IMG/VR virus record: IMGVR_UViG_3300028392_000036
Coordinates: 78,902-142,901 of that record
Length of the DNA stretch: 64,000 nt
Reading direction: 5' to 3' (one strand)
From: a virus
Shown: in pieces, positions 1-8,913 of the stretch
How positions within the stretch are numbered: the stretch's first letter is position 1
Layout of the letters: the number at the start of each line of letters is the position of its first letter
Program-made: the position numbers and the translations under genes
Notes under the pieces: model-generated
The model's input: only the letters and a program-made list of their open reading frames with translations
Databases searched by the model: none
Told to the model about the DNA's origin: nothing

Positions 1-730
1 GTTCAGACTTTGGAACCCAATCAGTACCCAGTTGAGGATACTTTTTGATTCTATCTTGTATCACAAAAGCCATCATTAGCCCAATCGACAATGCAATAAC
101 AATACCCATCACTCCCCATATGGCATTGGCCCAAATAGCATCCATACGTCGACGTCTCCTAACAGCACGAATGTGATCTTGTCGCATTTGTTTAGCAATA
201 AGAATCTTTTGTTGCTTGCCCATGACCAGCATCATGTCTTCTACTTCAGTATGCAATGCACCCAGTTCAGGAGGTGATTGGTACACCATTATCTCACGCA
301 ATTCTGTGCCCATCTGTTCCAGTTGCTTACGCATCAGCACACGTTGTAAGGCACGTTTACCTAGACTAGCATCACCTTCGTATATCTCGTGCTGACTATG
401 TTTTTCTTCTTCTTCAAAGATGGCCATACACTTGTAGTAGTTGTCGTAGTAGGTACCCAGATGCTCGCCGAGTTCAGTGTAGATGCCTGTGGTTTCGCCG
501 TCACGTTTGTTTAGTTCAATGATGCGATTTTTTTCTTTTACAAATTGATTACGTGCTTCTAAACTGGCTGGTTTTTCTGGAGGATGCAACTTGGCAAACT
601 GTTCGTCGAGATCCTTGAGAACGTCCTTGACTTCGCCTGCCGCACCTTTGATATCTTTGTAGAGTTTACAACCGGCCTTGACAGCAGACACCGCCCCATT
701 GGCCAAGGCAAAGAGGGTTATGGGATCCAT
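1..730 (-). CDS. Hypothetical helical protein with a transmembrane segment (runs off the window; not in ORF track)
   Basis: Own translation from ATG 730: MDPITLFALANGAVSAVKAGCKLYKDIK...AIWGVMGIVIALSIGLMMAFVI; open to position 1; TAATG-coupled to upstream gene. Confidence 0.85.
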   Translation of the reverse strand, partial: MDPITLFALANGAVSAVKAGCKLYKDIKGAAGEVKDVLKDLDEQFAKLHPPEKPASLEARNQFVKEKNRIIELNKRDGETTGIYTELGEHLGTYYDNYYKCMAIFEEEEKHSQHEIYEGDASLGKRALQRVLMRKQLEQMGTELREIMVYQSPPELGALHTEVEDMMLVMGKQQKILIAKQMRQDHIRAVRRRRRMDAIWANAIWGVMGIVIALSIGLMMAFVIQDRIKKYPQLGTDWVPKSE

Positions 731-981
731 TACTTGCCATCCTTCTTAACCGTACGCCATTCGACACAGATCACAGTTCTATTGTTGACGTCGCCGATCC
801 AGGCAGTTCTGACACATTCAGCTGTGCCTGTTGCTAGTTGTACTTGTTTAGGCGTGAATTCACGGGCAACACTGGGCCGATCGCCACCGTACATGGGCGA
901 ACTTGAAACCATCGCAGAACCGCACAGTATTAGCAATAATACTAGGATTACAGTTCTGTAGATGGCTCCATATTTTTTCAT
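730..981 (-). CDS. Small secreted or membrane-anchored hypothetical protein
   Basis: N-terminal hydrophobic helix; TAAATA at 1021-1016 and GGAG upstream. Confidence 0.7.
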   Translation of the reverse strand: MKKYGAIYRTVILVLLLILCGSAMVSSSPMYGGDRPSVAREFTPKQVQLATGTAECVRTAWIGDVNNRTVICVEWRTVKKDGK

Positions 982-1050
982 CGTACTCCGTGTCCTTGTT
1001 ATTCAGGACTTAGAGTATTTACAGGATCCTTGCGCTAGATTAAACTGGGT

Positions 1051-1596
1051 TTAAAACAATGTGGGAATCCAGAGCCAGATGGCCTGACTCATCAGCAACA
1101 TTGCAATACCGCCTACATATAAACTGGCGGTGTACAGTCGATTGTTCACTGCCAATATACTAGCCGATAATAGCACAATGGCAATCTGGAATAGACTTCC
1201 AGCAAACGTGTACCAAGGGCTACGTTGTTTTGCCACAGCACGATCTGCTTCTAAACCACGTGCCTTGGCCATGAGTTCTTTCTTGCCCTCACCTGTAGCA
1301 GGATCCGATTCATAACGTGCAATCTTCTTGCTGAGTGCGGCAACCTTGTTCACATCCTTGCGAGCCATGGCATCATCTAAGGCCATCTCGGCCAAGGTGC
1401 CTTTGATTGATTTGGCTTGATAAAATGCCCAAGTATTATTGGCCTCAATGGTGTCGTTTAGTATTCGGCCTGAGTTGCCGTTGCCCATATATGTGTTGAT
1501 AGCCAAGAATGCGGCAAATACAACGATTACCCATCCTGCTTTGTCTTTGATTAGTGCTTCACGCTCTGAGCGTGATAATTGTTTTTGTTCTGCCAT
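1051..1596 (-). CDS. DUF4337-like membrane protein
   Basis: N-terminal TM helix, ANNTWAFYQAKSIK motif, two C-terminal TM helices; AGGAG RBS. Confidence 0.75.
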   Translation of the reverse strand: MAEQKQLSRSEREALIKDKAGWVIVVFAAFLAINTYMGNGNSGRILNDTIEANNTWAFYQAKSIKGTLAEMALDDAMARKDVNKVAALSKKIARYESDPATGEGKKELMAKARGLEADRAVAKQRSPWYTFAGSLFQIAIVLLSASILAVNNRLYTASLYVGGIAMLLMSQAIWLWIPTLF

Positions 1597-1630
1597 GTTT
1601 AGCTCCTTTGTGTATTATTTATTGGTCAAT

Positions 1631-1652
1631 AAAAAAGCCCCTTGCGGGGCTT
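1631..1652 (-). terminator. Rho-independent terminator
   Basis: Minus strand AAGCCCC-GCAA-GGGGCTT followed by a T run. Confidence 0.8.
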
Positions 1653-1654
1653 GA

Positions 1655-1903
1655 TTAGTTTGCTGGGGTCTTCCGTGCTCGGGGCTTTCGGGCTGCCACT
1701 GCTGGTTTAACAGCAGGTGGTGCCTTGGGCTTGGCCGGTGCTTTTTTAGCAGGAGTAGTTGCTACTGCTGGAGCAGGTTCCGGGGCAATTTCACTTGCCT
1801 TGGGAAACGGCCAATCACTAGCAGGTGCCTCAACTTTGTAAGGCGCCTCAGGTGCCGGTGCGGCAGGCTTGCCGAGAAAGAATTCCTTGATTTTGTTTAA
1901 CAT
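1655..1903 (-). CDS. Pro/Ala/Lys-rich hypothetical protein
   Basis: TAAATA plus AGGAG upstream; basic low-complexity tail. Confidence 0.75.
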   Translation of the reverse strand: MLNKIKEFFLGKPAAPAPEAPYKVEAPASDWPFPKASEIAPEPAPAVATTPAKKAPAKPKAPPAVKPAVAARKPRARKTPAN

Positions 1904-1923
1904 AACGATCTCCTATAGAGTAT

Positions 1924-2544
1924 TTAACCCTGATCGGTGTTGCCCAAACGCTTCTTCATGAAGTTCAAAAGCAAGCCGTATGCTGGCAAGAACACAACAA
2001 AGCCAACTAAAATCTTCAATAGACTTTGGCTCAGGGCAATCTCGGGCCAGTTAGCGGCCATGTACTCGTCAGCACCACCCGAGAAGGCAATACTGAAGAA
2101 CACATAACTGTCGATGAAGTTGGCAACAACCATGCTGAGTGCAGGAGCCGCCCACCATTGCTGTGTGAACTTTTCGCGAACATATTGGAACACGTATACA
2201 TCTAACAAGCAACCAATTAGGTATGCTGTGGCTGATCCAAAACCAATACGTAAGGCAACTGATTGTGGTGCGCCTTCTAAGAGAACAACAGCAATACTAC
2301 CAATGATGGCAAGTGGATAGGCAGCCGCAATAGTGGCTCGAGCAATACCTTTACCAATCAATCGTACTGTCAAGTCTGTAGCCAAAATTACCAAGGGATA
2401 GGTAAATGCGGCCCATGTCAATTTCACACCCATGATCTCAACTGGAATTGAAACTAGAGCATTGCTGATTACGATCACGAAGATATGTAATGCAACCAAT
2501 TTGGCCATCATGACCCGATCTACGCCTTTGAAAATATCAAACAT
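1924..2544 (-). CDS. yhhQ: Queuosine precursor (preQ0/preQ1) transporter, YhhQ/Vut_1 family
   Basis: Multi-TM; ISNALV, TWAAFTYPLVILATDLTVR, RIGFGSATAY, LLDVYVF, DSYVFFSIAF motifs. Confidence 0.85.
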   Translation of the reverse strand: MFDIFKGVDRVMMAKLVALHIFVIVISNALVSIPVEIMGVKLTWAAFTYPLVILATDLTVRLIGKGIARATIAAAYPLAIIGSIAVVLLEGAPQSVALRIGFGSATAYLIGCLLDVYVFQYVREKFTQQWWAAPALSMVVANFIDSYVFFSIAFSGGADEYMAANWPEIALSQSLLKILVGFVVFLPAYGLLLNFMKKRLGNTDQG

Positions 2545-2699
2545 CTGTGTCTCCTTTGTATGTTGATCTAGTAGTTATGTTTCTAGTGACAGCTCACTAG
2601 AGAAATCGCTTGATTTCTGGTGTTTTTTTCATATATAATACTACATAGGACGCTGGATAGGCCGGGTCCTATAGTAAACTCGCTTTATAGGAGAACCAT

Positions 2700-2975
2700 A
2701 TGTTTACAGCAGACGCAATCATCGACACCGTTCAAACCGGTAAAAAAACTTTAGTTAACACATTCGTTACCAACGAAACAGCCAAAGAATCAATGATCAA
2801 GTTCATTGACGCACAAGCAGACTATACCAAACGAGCCGCCAAGGTTGGAATGGACACAGCAACTACATTGACCAGTGAAATGATCAAACAAGTGGAAGCA
2901 GTGGCAAAGTATGACTATGCCAAAGCAGGTCAAGACTTCCTAAAGGCATTCCAGCCCACAACTAGTAAAAAGTAA
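2700..2975 (+). CDS. Phasin-like amphipathic helical protein
   Basis: All-helical 91 aa (FIDAQADYTK); AGGAG RBS and structured leader; family call by resemblance only. Confidence 0.5.
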   Translation: MFTADAIIDTVQTGKKTLVNTFVTNETAKESMIKFIDAQADYTKRAAKVGMDTATTLTSEMIKQVEAVAKYDYAKAGQDFLKAFQPTTSKK

Positions 2976-2989
2976 TACCTTAGTATTAC
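2972..2989. promoter_or_regulatory. Palindromic operator GTAATAC-N4-GTATTAC (copy 1)
   Basis: GTAATACCTTAGTATTAC; recurs at 12522, 26561 and 30059. Confidence 0.7.
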
Positions 2990-2995
2990 CTTTCT

Positions 2996-3022
2996 GAAAG
3001 GCCCCAATTTTTGGGGCTTTCT
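2996..3022 (+). terminator. Rho-independent terminator
   Basis: GCCCCAA-TTT-TTGGGGC followed by TTTCT. Confidence 0.65.
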
Positions 3023-3023
3023 C

Positions 3024-3052
3024 TTGACCAATAAATGTCAAAGTGCTATAAT
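3024..3052 (+). promoter_or_regulatory. Sigma70-type early promoter, leaderless
   Basis: TTGACC-N17-TATAAT with TGn; ATG 7 nt downstream at 3059. Confidence 0.85.
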
Positions 3053-3058
3053 ACGGTT

Positions 3059-3478
3059 ATGAATACAAAACTTTACTTTGGCTACGGCATGAACACCAAT
3101 CTCAATGAGATGGCGTATCGGTGTCCTCGGGCACGAAGTCTTGGCCACGCACGACTATTAAATAGTGCGTTTCGCTTTGCTACTCACGCTGACGTGGTAG
3201 TGGTACCTGATTGCTATGTGGACGGAGTACTATGGTCTATCACTGAAGAATGTTTACAGAAACTGGATGCACTAGAAGGCTTCCCGCATTATTACAATCG
3301 CATTGAGATGGCTGTGGAACATGACGGTGAAATAAAAGATGCCATTGTTTACTTTATGAACCCTGGTCAGGCAGATGGCTTGCCCAGTCAAGGCTATTTT
3401 GATCTCCTGATGGAAGGCTACACCCAACATGGTGTGCCAACAGAACAATTACACAACGCATTGGAACTGTGGGTATGA
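3059..3478 (+). CDS. Gamma-glutamylcyclotransferase (AIG2/GGCT) family protein
   Basis: LYFGYGMN, VDGVLW, LDALEGFPHYY motifs; start moved to ATG 3059. Confidence 0.85.
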   Translation: MNTKLYFGYGMNTNLNEMAYRCPRARSLGHARLLNSAFRFATHADVVVVPDCYVDGVLWSITEECLQKLDALEGFPHYYNRIEMAVEHDGEIKDAIVYFMNPGQADGLPSQGYFDLLMEGYTQHGVPTEQLHNALELWV

Positions 3479-3720
3479 TCCGTCGACTGTTACCTGTACT
3501 ATTGTTGACTGGTTGTGCATCAACTGTGAGCTATGTACCACCACCCAGTGTCAATGCCATGCCTAATGATTGTGCAAATCAAACAGCAATGATCAATTGG
3601 TTAGAATCACAAGCTCGTATCCCGCGTCACTCAATGGAAAGGCAAGAAGACTATGAAATCAGCCGTGCATCGTTTCGCCATCGTATTTGGCACGTGCGTT
3701 ATATGTGCCGTCCTGTCTAG
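3475..3720 (+). CDS. Lipoprotein
   Basis: Lipobox LLTGC; ATGA-coupled. Confidence 0.75.
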   Translation: MIRRLLPVLLLTGCASTVSYVPPPSVNAMPNDCANQTAMINWLESQARIPRHSMERQEDYEISRASFRHRIWHVRYMCRPV

Positions 3721-3982
3721 TGGATGTGCAACACAGATCAATCCCAATCGTGTGCCTATGCATACTGTGGATCTTAACACTTATCAGATCAACTGTAGAC
3801 TAAAAGACCAACAGGTGGTATTTTTACAAAGTATGAGACAGTCACGTGAAGAACAGTTTGCCGCAAGGATGCGAAGCACTTTCCAACCGTTTAGTTGGAC
3901 ACACGACCACGATATTTCATACAACAACCCCAACAAGTTTATTGATTATCACCTTAACCAACTGAGCTATTGCATACAATGA
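3653..3982 (+). CDS. Putative lipoprotein
   Basis: Hydrophobic N-terminus with LSSGC lipobox. Confidence 0.65.
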   Translation: MKSAVHRFAIVFGTCVICAVLSSGCATQINPNRVPMHTVDLNTYQINCRLKDQQVVFLQSMRQSREEQFAARMRSTFQPFSWTHDHDISYNNPNKFIDYHLNQLSYCIQ

Positions 3983-4539
3983 AACGACTCTTGCTTGCTG
4001 TTCTAATCCCTGTGCTGGCGCAGGCCGAGTGTGTGATGACTGATCGTGTGACAACCGCGGCCACAGTTCGAATTGAAGAACGCAGTGATGTTCGAAAGGA
4101 CATTGTGCCTAGCCCCACAGCAGGTTATCGCAGATGCCAGGTCAGTTACAAAGCCCGTATTGGTGCTCAATGGTACTTGGCTATGGGTGTGTATGATTGG
4201 CCAGGTAATGCCCCAGATGCAGAAGCCTGTGCAGTGGCCATGAGTCGAGCAGATGCTAGTGTACGAACACACGTGGCTCCAGTAGGAGTTCGTGGAGAAA
4301 GCACAATGGTCTGTACCGATCGTCCCAATATGGATACCCTGAGAAAAACAGCAGTGGGCACACAAGGACGCCTGCACCAATTTAGGCCACATCCAGATTA
4401 TCCCCGAGAGTTTTGGCACAATGGTACTCGGTGCCGTTGGTTCTTGGATACCGAATGGGCCCAAACCGATGTACAAACACGCCAAGGCATTATCTGCAGA
4501 TTGGAAACGGATCAGTGGGTAGTGGTTGACAAAATATAA
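3979..4539 (+). CDS. Secreted Cys-containing hypothetical protein
   Basis: Signal peptide MKRLLLAVLIPVLAQA; ATGA-coupled. Confidence 0.75.
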   Translation: MKRLLLAVLIPVLAQAECVMTDRVTTAATVRIEERSDVRKDIVPSPTAGYRRCQVSYKARIGAQWYLAMGVYDWPGNAPDAEACAVAMSRADASVRTHVAPVGVRGESTMVCTDRPNMDTLRKTAVGTQGRLHQFRPHPDYPREFWHNGTRCRWFLDTEWAQTDVQTRQGIICRLETDQWVVVDKI

Positions 4540-4554
4540 TCAATCCTGTATAAT
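4526..4554 (+). promoter_or_regulatory. Sigma70-type promoter
   Basis: TTGACA-N17-TATAAT overlapping the end of the upstream CDS. Confidence 0.85.
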
Positions 4555-4587
4555 TGAACTATCGTTAAACTAACCTGAAAGGTATGT

Positions 4588-5388
4588 ATGTTAATCAAGC
4601 ATTTATCAATCGTGGCTGTGGCAGTGAGTCTTGTGGCCTGTGCCAGCGCACAAAAAGCAGAGATTCCTGCCACAGCACCTACTGCTCGAGTGGTTGAAAT
4701 TGCGCCACCAGCACATCCTTACGCCTTGCCCCAGACACAGGCTCGAGTAGTACCTCAAGCACCTGCTTGGTATGTGCGTATGCCAGAAGATACGCCAGAC
4801 ATGGTGTTTTCAGTAGGTACCGCAACATCAACAGATGAGCAGATGGCCTATGACAAAGCACGTATGGCCGCAGAGCGTAAACTGGTCGAACAGATGTACA
4901 GTCGGATCACAACACAGACCAACAGTTACAAAGCTGATCGTGGATCAGCCACAATTGAAAATTATCAACAAGTTACTCGTAAAAATGCACGTGGCGAGCT
5001 CAGTGGCGCACAACGAGTTGATAGTCAGGCCACATTTGATGGTCAGTTCTACAAGGTCTACGTGTTATTGCGTTTGCCAACAGGTGCCAACAACACAATG
5101 CAAACACGTCGTGATCAAGGCCGTTTGCAACGTGAAGCAGATATCCGTGGTCGTGCCGCAGAGCGTGACATGGATGCCAACGAGTCACGTGAGCAAAAGC
5201 AAGAACAGGAAAAAGAACAAGCACTTGAGCGAAGTTTAACTCCACAAAGCAAGGTTACTCCTGTAACTGTGCCCACAACATCAGGTGAAATCAAATTACT
5301 TGACGTGGACAACGCTGAATACAAGCAAAAACGGGACGAAGCACTGGCCAAACCTAATGCAGTGATTGGTCAAACTGTCGTAAGATAA
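4588..5388 (+). CDS. LPP20-like lipoprotein
   Basis: Lipobox LVAC; PAWY, GTATS.D.QMA.DKA motifs. Confidence 0.7.
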   Translation: MLIKHLSIVAVAVSLVACASAQKAEIPATAPTARVVEIAPPAHPYALPQTQARVVPQAPAWYVRMPEDTPDMVFSVGTATSTDEQMAYDKARMAAERKLVEQMYSRITTQTNSYKADRGSATIENYQQVTRKNARGELSGAQRVDSQATFDGQFYKVYVLLRLPTGANNTMQTRRDQGRLQREADIRGRAAERDMDANESREQKQEQEKEQALERSLTPQSKVTPVTVPTTSGEIKLLDVDNAEYKQKRDEALAKPNAVIGQTVVR

Positions 5389-5394
5389 ACGGCG

Positions 5395-5430
5395 TATAAA
5401 TAGAAGCGGTGCCAAAAACACCGCTTTTTC
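5395..5430 (+). promoter_or_regulatory. T4-type late promoter TATAAATA abutting a terminator-like hairpin
   Basis: TATAAATA 5395-5402; AAGCGGTG/CACCGCTT stem 5404-5426 followed by a T run. Confidence 0.65.
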
Positions 5431-5436
5431 TCTTTT

Positions 5437-6018
5437 ATGATCATGCCAATAATTGAAACTACCCAAACTGAACAAACTCACACTCAAGCACTTGCTGACA
5501 CTGGCATGTATGTTTTTATGGGAGACGTGGATGATGAAAGTATCAAGCCAGTTGTGGAATGGATGCTGTATGAAAACTATGTGAGCAAGAAAAAGAAAAA
5601 AGAATTGTTACTCATGATTTGCTCCAATGGTGGAGACATGGGTGCGGCCTTTGCCCTAATTGATGTAATGATGAGCAGCCAAATTCCAGTAAAAACTGTG
5701 GGCCTGGGAACCATTGCATCAGCAGGCTTGTTGATCTTTATCTCTGGCACTCACGGACGACGAGTTCTTACACCTAATACTTCAATTCTAAGCCATCAGT
5801 TCTCCTGGTACAACGAAGGCAAAGCACATGAGTTGTTTGCTACCATGCGTGAGTTTGAACTCACACAGGCTAGAATGATTGCACACTATGAATTGTGTAC
5901 AGGCCTGGGCCGGGAAGAAATACGCACGAACTTGTTGCCACCACAAGACGTTTGGTTATCAGCATCAGAAGCCCTGGCTCTGGGCATCTGCGATGACATC
6001 AGTGTGGTCAAGAGTTAA
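5437..6018 (+). CDS. Divergent ClpP-family serine protease
   Basis: ICSNGGD, IASAG (Ser), SHQ (His), QDVWL (Asp), EALALGICD. Confidence 0.85.
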   Translation: MIMPIIETTQTEQTHTQALADTGMYVFMGDVDDESIKPVVEWMLYENYVSKKKKKELLLMICSNGGDMGAAFALIDVMMSSQIPVKTVGLGTIASAGLLIFISGTHGRRVLTPNTSILSHQFSWYNEGKAHELFATMREFELTQARMIAHYELCTGLGREEIRTNLLPPQDVWLSASEALALGICDDISVVKS

Positions 6019-6052
6019 ATAGGTCTTAACCACCACGTGCGCTACGGTCTTG

Positions 6053-7126
6053 TTATTTTTTGTTTTGCTTCAGGTATTCCGCATAACTCATAGCCCTCTG
6101 TCCTGTTGCAATATCACGTGGTTGTTTTAGCCAGGCATCCACAGTATCGAGTTTTGTTGGTGCAGGTAATGCTTGTGCGGGTGCAGTTGTTGGCAATTGC
6201 TCTGGTTTGTTGTCTGTGTCAACTTGATTTATTTTATCCAATGCCTTTTTACCTAGTCCTGCTAGTCGTGCAATATCTCCTGGAGAGGTGGTGTTATTTG
6301 GATCAATACCAGCGTCCCACATTTTATACATTTTCTCGCGTACCTGGTCCGGGCTTAGAGCATTTGATAATTTGCTTGGATCGATATATTTCTCGCTGTC
6401 TATCTTTACAGGTTTACCACCGCTAGTGGCTGTGAATTTCGTATATTTGTGAAAACGACTACCCGAAGGCGAACCATCACTTCTTATTATACTTTTGAGT
6501 TCTTCAACTGGGTCAGTTTCACGATTATCTCTAACATAGGTGTCCCCAATATTTCCATCAAAGTCGGTTTTGTAAATTACAATTTTGTTTTCTTCTGGTG
6601 TATTACTAGCATAATAATCATAAGGTTCACTGTCGTCTGGTTCCTTTAGTTTATTTTGATAACGCCAGTCGCTCGGGTCATCGGCTCTTGACCTGAATGA
6701 TGATTTTACTTTTGCAGGATTGATAGCGACACTTTGAAGATGTTTGATCAGTTGGGCAGCCGCCAGTTCGGGATTTTGTCGATACAAATCTAGTAAATCA
6801 AACATTTGATCTGTAGCAGATATGTCATCCCCCCTATCCTCATCGTCATAGTCAGGCTCTATATCTTCAAAACCCAAGGCGCCGGCCATGTCTTCCTGGG
6901 CATCAAACAGATCATCGTCGTCCTCTGCGTCCCATTGATCGAGATGATCTTGAATGCCTTTTAACAATGCAATTCCGGCTGGGATAGGCATAGCGGCAAC
7001 ACCTGCTGGTGTTGACAGCAGTTTAACTACAGGTGCAGGCACAGCCGCACTAGCCGCAAAACTTGCTAGACTTTTAAGGAACCCTCTACGAGTTGATTCG
7101 TTGATGTATTCTTTTAGGGTTTTCAT
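6053..7126 (-). CDS. Putative virion-internal protein: capsid-targeting-like leader followed by a twin-arginine motif
   Basis: Start moved to ATG 7126 (AAGGA RBS): MKTLKEYINE-STRRGFLKSLASFAASAAV. Confidence 0.75.
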   Translation of the reverse strand: MKTLKEYINESTRRGFLKSLASFAASAAVPAPVVKLLSTPAGVAAMPIPAGIALLKGIQDHLDQWDAEDDDDLFDAQEDMAGALGFEDIEPDYDDEDRGDDISATDQMFDLLDLYRQNPELAAAQLIKHLQSVAINPAKVKSSFRSRADDPSDWRYQNKLKEPDDSEPYDYYASNTPEENKIVIYKTDFDGNIGDTYVRDNRETDPVEELKSIIRSDGSPSGSRFHKYTKFTATSGGKPVKIDSEKYIDPSKLSNALSPDQVREKMYKMWDAGIDPNNTTSPGDIARLAGLGKKALDKINQVDTDNKPEQLPTTAPAQALPAPTKLDTVDAWLKQPRDIATGQRAMSYAEYLKQNKK

Positions 7127-7130
7127 TTTA

Positions 7131-8861
7131 TTATCCTTTTTTCTTGCGCCCTGTAGTCTTTTCATCAAAGTCGGCATCCTGAGCCTGTCTGGCTGCCTTG
7201 GCTCCCGGCCCAGTTAGTCTAGGTGCTTGTCCCACTTGATTGAGCTTTTCAATGTCCCCAATATCACTAGCATCTGCTGATGCTTCTTTAGAATCGCTAG
7301 GCTTGTTGGTTTTCTTTTTCTTCTTGCCCACGTCACCTGCATTGGGCGGCACTATCATGAAGCCCGGACGATTGTTACCTGCTATGTGGCTGGGTGCGTG
7401 ATAGTCAAATTCAAAGTCCAAGTTACCAAACGGCTTGCTGGTAATAACCAGTTGTCCTTCATTGTCAATGTCCACGTGACCCAGCTGGCAATTCAACTGT
7501 TTGATCATGTCGTTCATGATATCTTTGTATTGCTGTTGGTTAGGTCCACGGCGAATCATATACTCTATGCCCTTGCCTAAACTGTAGGCGATAATGTTGG
7601 CAGCACCATCCACATGATCATTGTCGTAACTGTATTTTCCTGCAATACCGGGTTTGGGCTTGTTGGCAGTGAGTCCCAGATAATAGTTTGAATCTTGTGG
7701 CATACCCACATTGCTACCCCATTGGCCGGCCTGTGTGGCAGGAAGTATCATTTGTAAAAATCCCTTGTAATCTAATTTTTCAACCAAGGGTTTTAATAGT
7801 TTTTTTAGTTCTGCCCAACTGTTGAATTCGCCGCCCAAGATGTCCACATAGCTGATATATTCGGGAGTTTGATTTCGATTGGCAGCCAAACAGATACGGT
7901 CAGTGACTGATCCTTCTTTTTTGGTGCTGGCCCAGATCTTGATAGCATCACGAAACATTTTTTGTTTGCCTTCGTCGGTCAAGGTCTGGTCGTATTCTTC
8001 TAGTAGGCTACCCAGACTGTTCATGCTGGTTCCTGAGCCGCCCAGCGCCTTGACACTGTAGCGTGTGTTGCCGCCCACAGTGACGTCGATCAACTTTTCG
8101 TTTCCCACTGGAAAACTAATTTCTTCGCTTTCGTTGGCTAATGCGATCGGAGCCAAGATCTCACCAAAGTCTTGACTGATCATGCCCAGGAATGGTTTTA
8201 CATATTCTAGGCTTTCGGGACTCAATTGTCCAGAGCCACGATTTTCAGCCAGCTCGACTAGCTCGGTCAGCGCCTTGGCCAAGTTTTCATTTTTGATTTT
8301 TGATTTGATAGCTTCTTTAGTGGCAGTGGCTAATTCTTTTCGGTCTGAGTACTCTCCGGCCAGGCCCAACTTGACTGGGGTAAGATCTTTGCGGTTCAAC
8401 ACTAGATCAACAGCGGCACCGGCATAGCTGGCAGCAGTCTTGACTCCACGTAGAACAAAGGTAAAAGTCTTGCCTTGACCGGTGTAACTGTAAATACTAA
8501 ATTGTCCACTAGATATGGCCTGATGGTCAGTTACAGGTGCTGAAACCAGCCCTAGCCCTTCTGCAGATTGCTCCAGTTGTGCTGGTGTTACGTCGCTGAT
8601 ACGCAGTACTGGTAATCGTCCAGATTTTTTGCTGTATTCTATTTTGTTTTTGGCATTTTCAACTCCGGCCTGCTCTAACCATTCTGACAATGCTGGAATC
8701 ATACTTTCGTAATCTGCTTTTTCGGCATAAACGGGCTGGGCAGGTTCTGCACCTGGGGGCTGTGCCGCAACTGCGGCATCTAATTCAGCTTCAAGTATCA
8801 TCATCTGTACCTTTGGTCCTTTGTCTGTAATTGATTCGAATAATTTTAGAGTATCGTGCAT
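7131..8861 (-). CDS. Large protein with a PD-(D/E)XK nuclease-like motif, possibly virion-internal
   Basis: DFGE...FP...LID...YSVK pattern; N-terminus MHDTLKLFE; TAAGTA upstream. Confidence 0.55.
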   Translation of the reverse strand: MHDTLKLFESITDKGPKVQMMILEAELDAAVAAQPPGAEPAQPVYAEKADYESMIPALSEWLEQAGVENAKNKIEYSKKSGRLPVLRISDVTPAQLEQSAEGLGLVSAPVTDHQAISSGQFSIYSYTGQGKTFTFVLRGVKTAASYAGAAVDLVLNRKDLTPVKLGLAGEYSDRKELATATKEAIKSKIKNENLAKALTELVELAENRGSGQLSPESLEYVKPFLGMISQDFGEILAPIALANESEEISFPVGNEKLIDVTVGGNTRYSVKALGGSGTSMNSLGSLLEEYDQTLTDEGKQKMFRDAIKIWASTKKEGSVTDRICLAANRNQTPEYISYVDILGGEFNSWAELKKLLKPLVEKLDYKGFLQMILPATQAGQWGSNVGMPQDSNYYLGLTANKPKPGIAGKYSYDNDHVDGAANIIAYSLGKGIEYMIRRGPNQQQYKDIMNDMIKQLNCQLGHVDIDNEGQLVITSKPFGNLDFEFDYHAPSHIAGNNRPGFMIVPPNAGDVGKKKKKTNKPSDSKEASADASDIGDIEKLNQVGQAPRLTGPGAKAARQAQDADFDEKTTGRKKKG

Positions 8862-8890
8862 TTGCTTTTTTCCAAGAATAATGTTATACT
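8862..8890 (+). promoter_or_regulatory. Sigma70-type promoter for clpP
   Basis: TTGCTT-N17-TATACT with TGn. Confidence 0.6.
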
Positions 8891-8913
8891 TATCACATCA
8901 ACAAGGAGACCCC

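Noticed and set aside
584-961. Plus-strand 125-aa ORF and similar antisense ORFs throughout the track
   Set aside because: They shadow better-supported genes on the other strand or frame and lack RBS or motifs
2545-2610. preQ1 riboswitch upstream of yhhQ
   Set aside because: Only a perfect inverted repeat (TCTAGTGA-N4-TCACTAGA, 2582-2601); no preQ1 aptamer pattern on the coding strand
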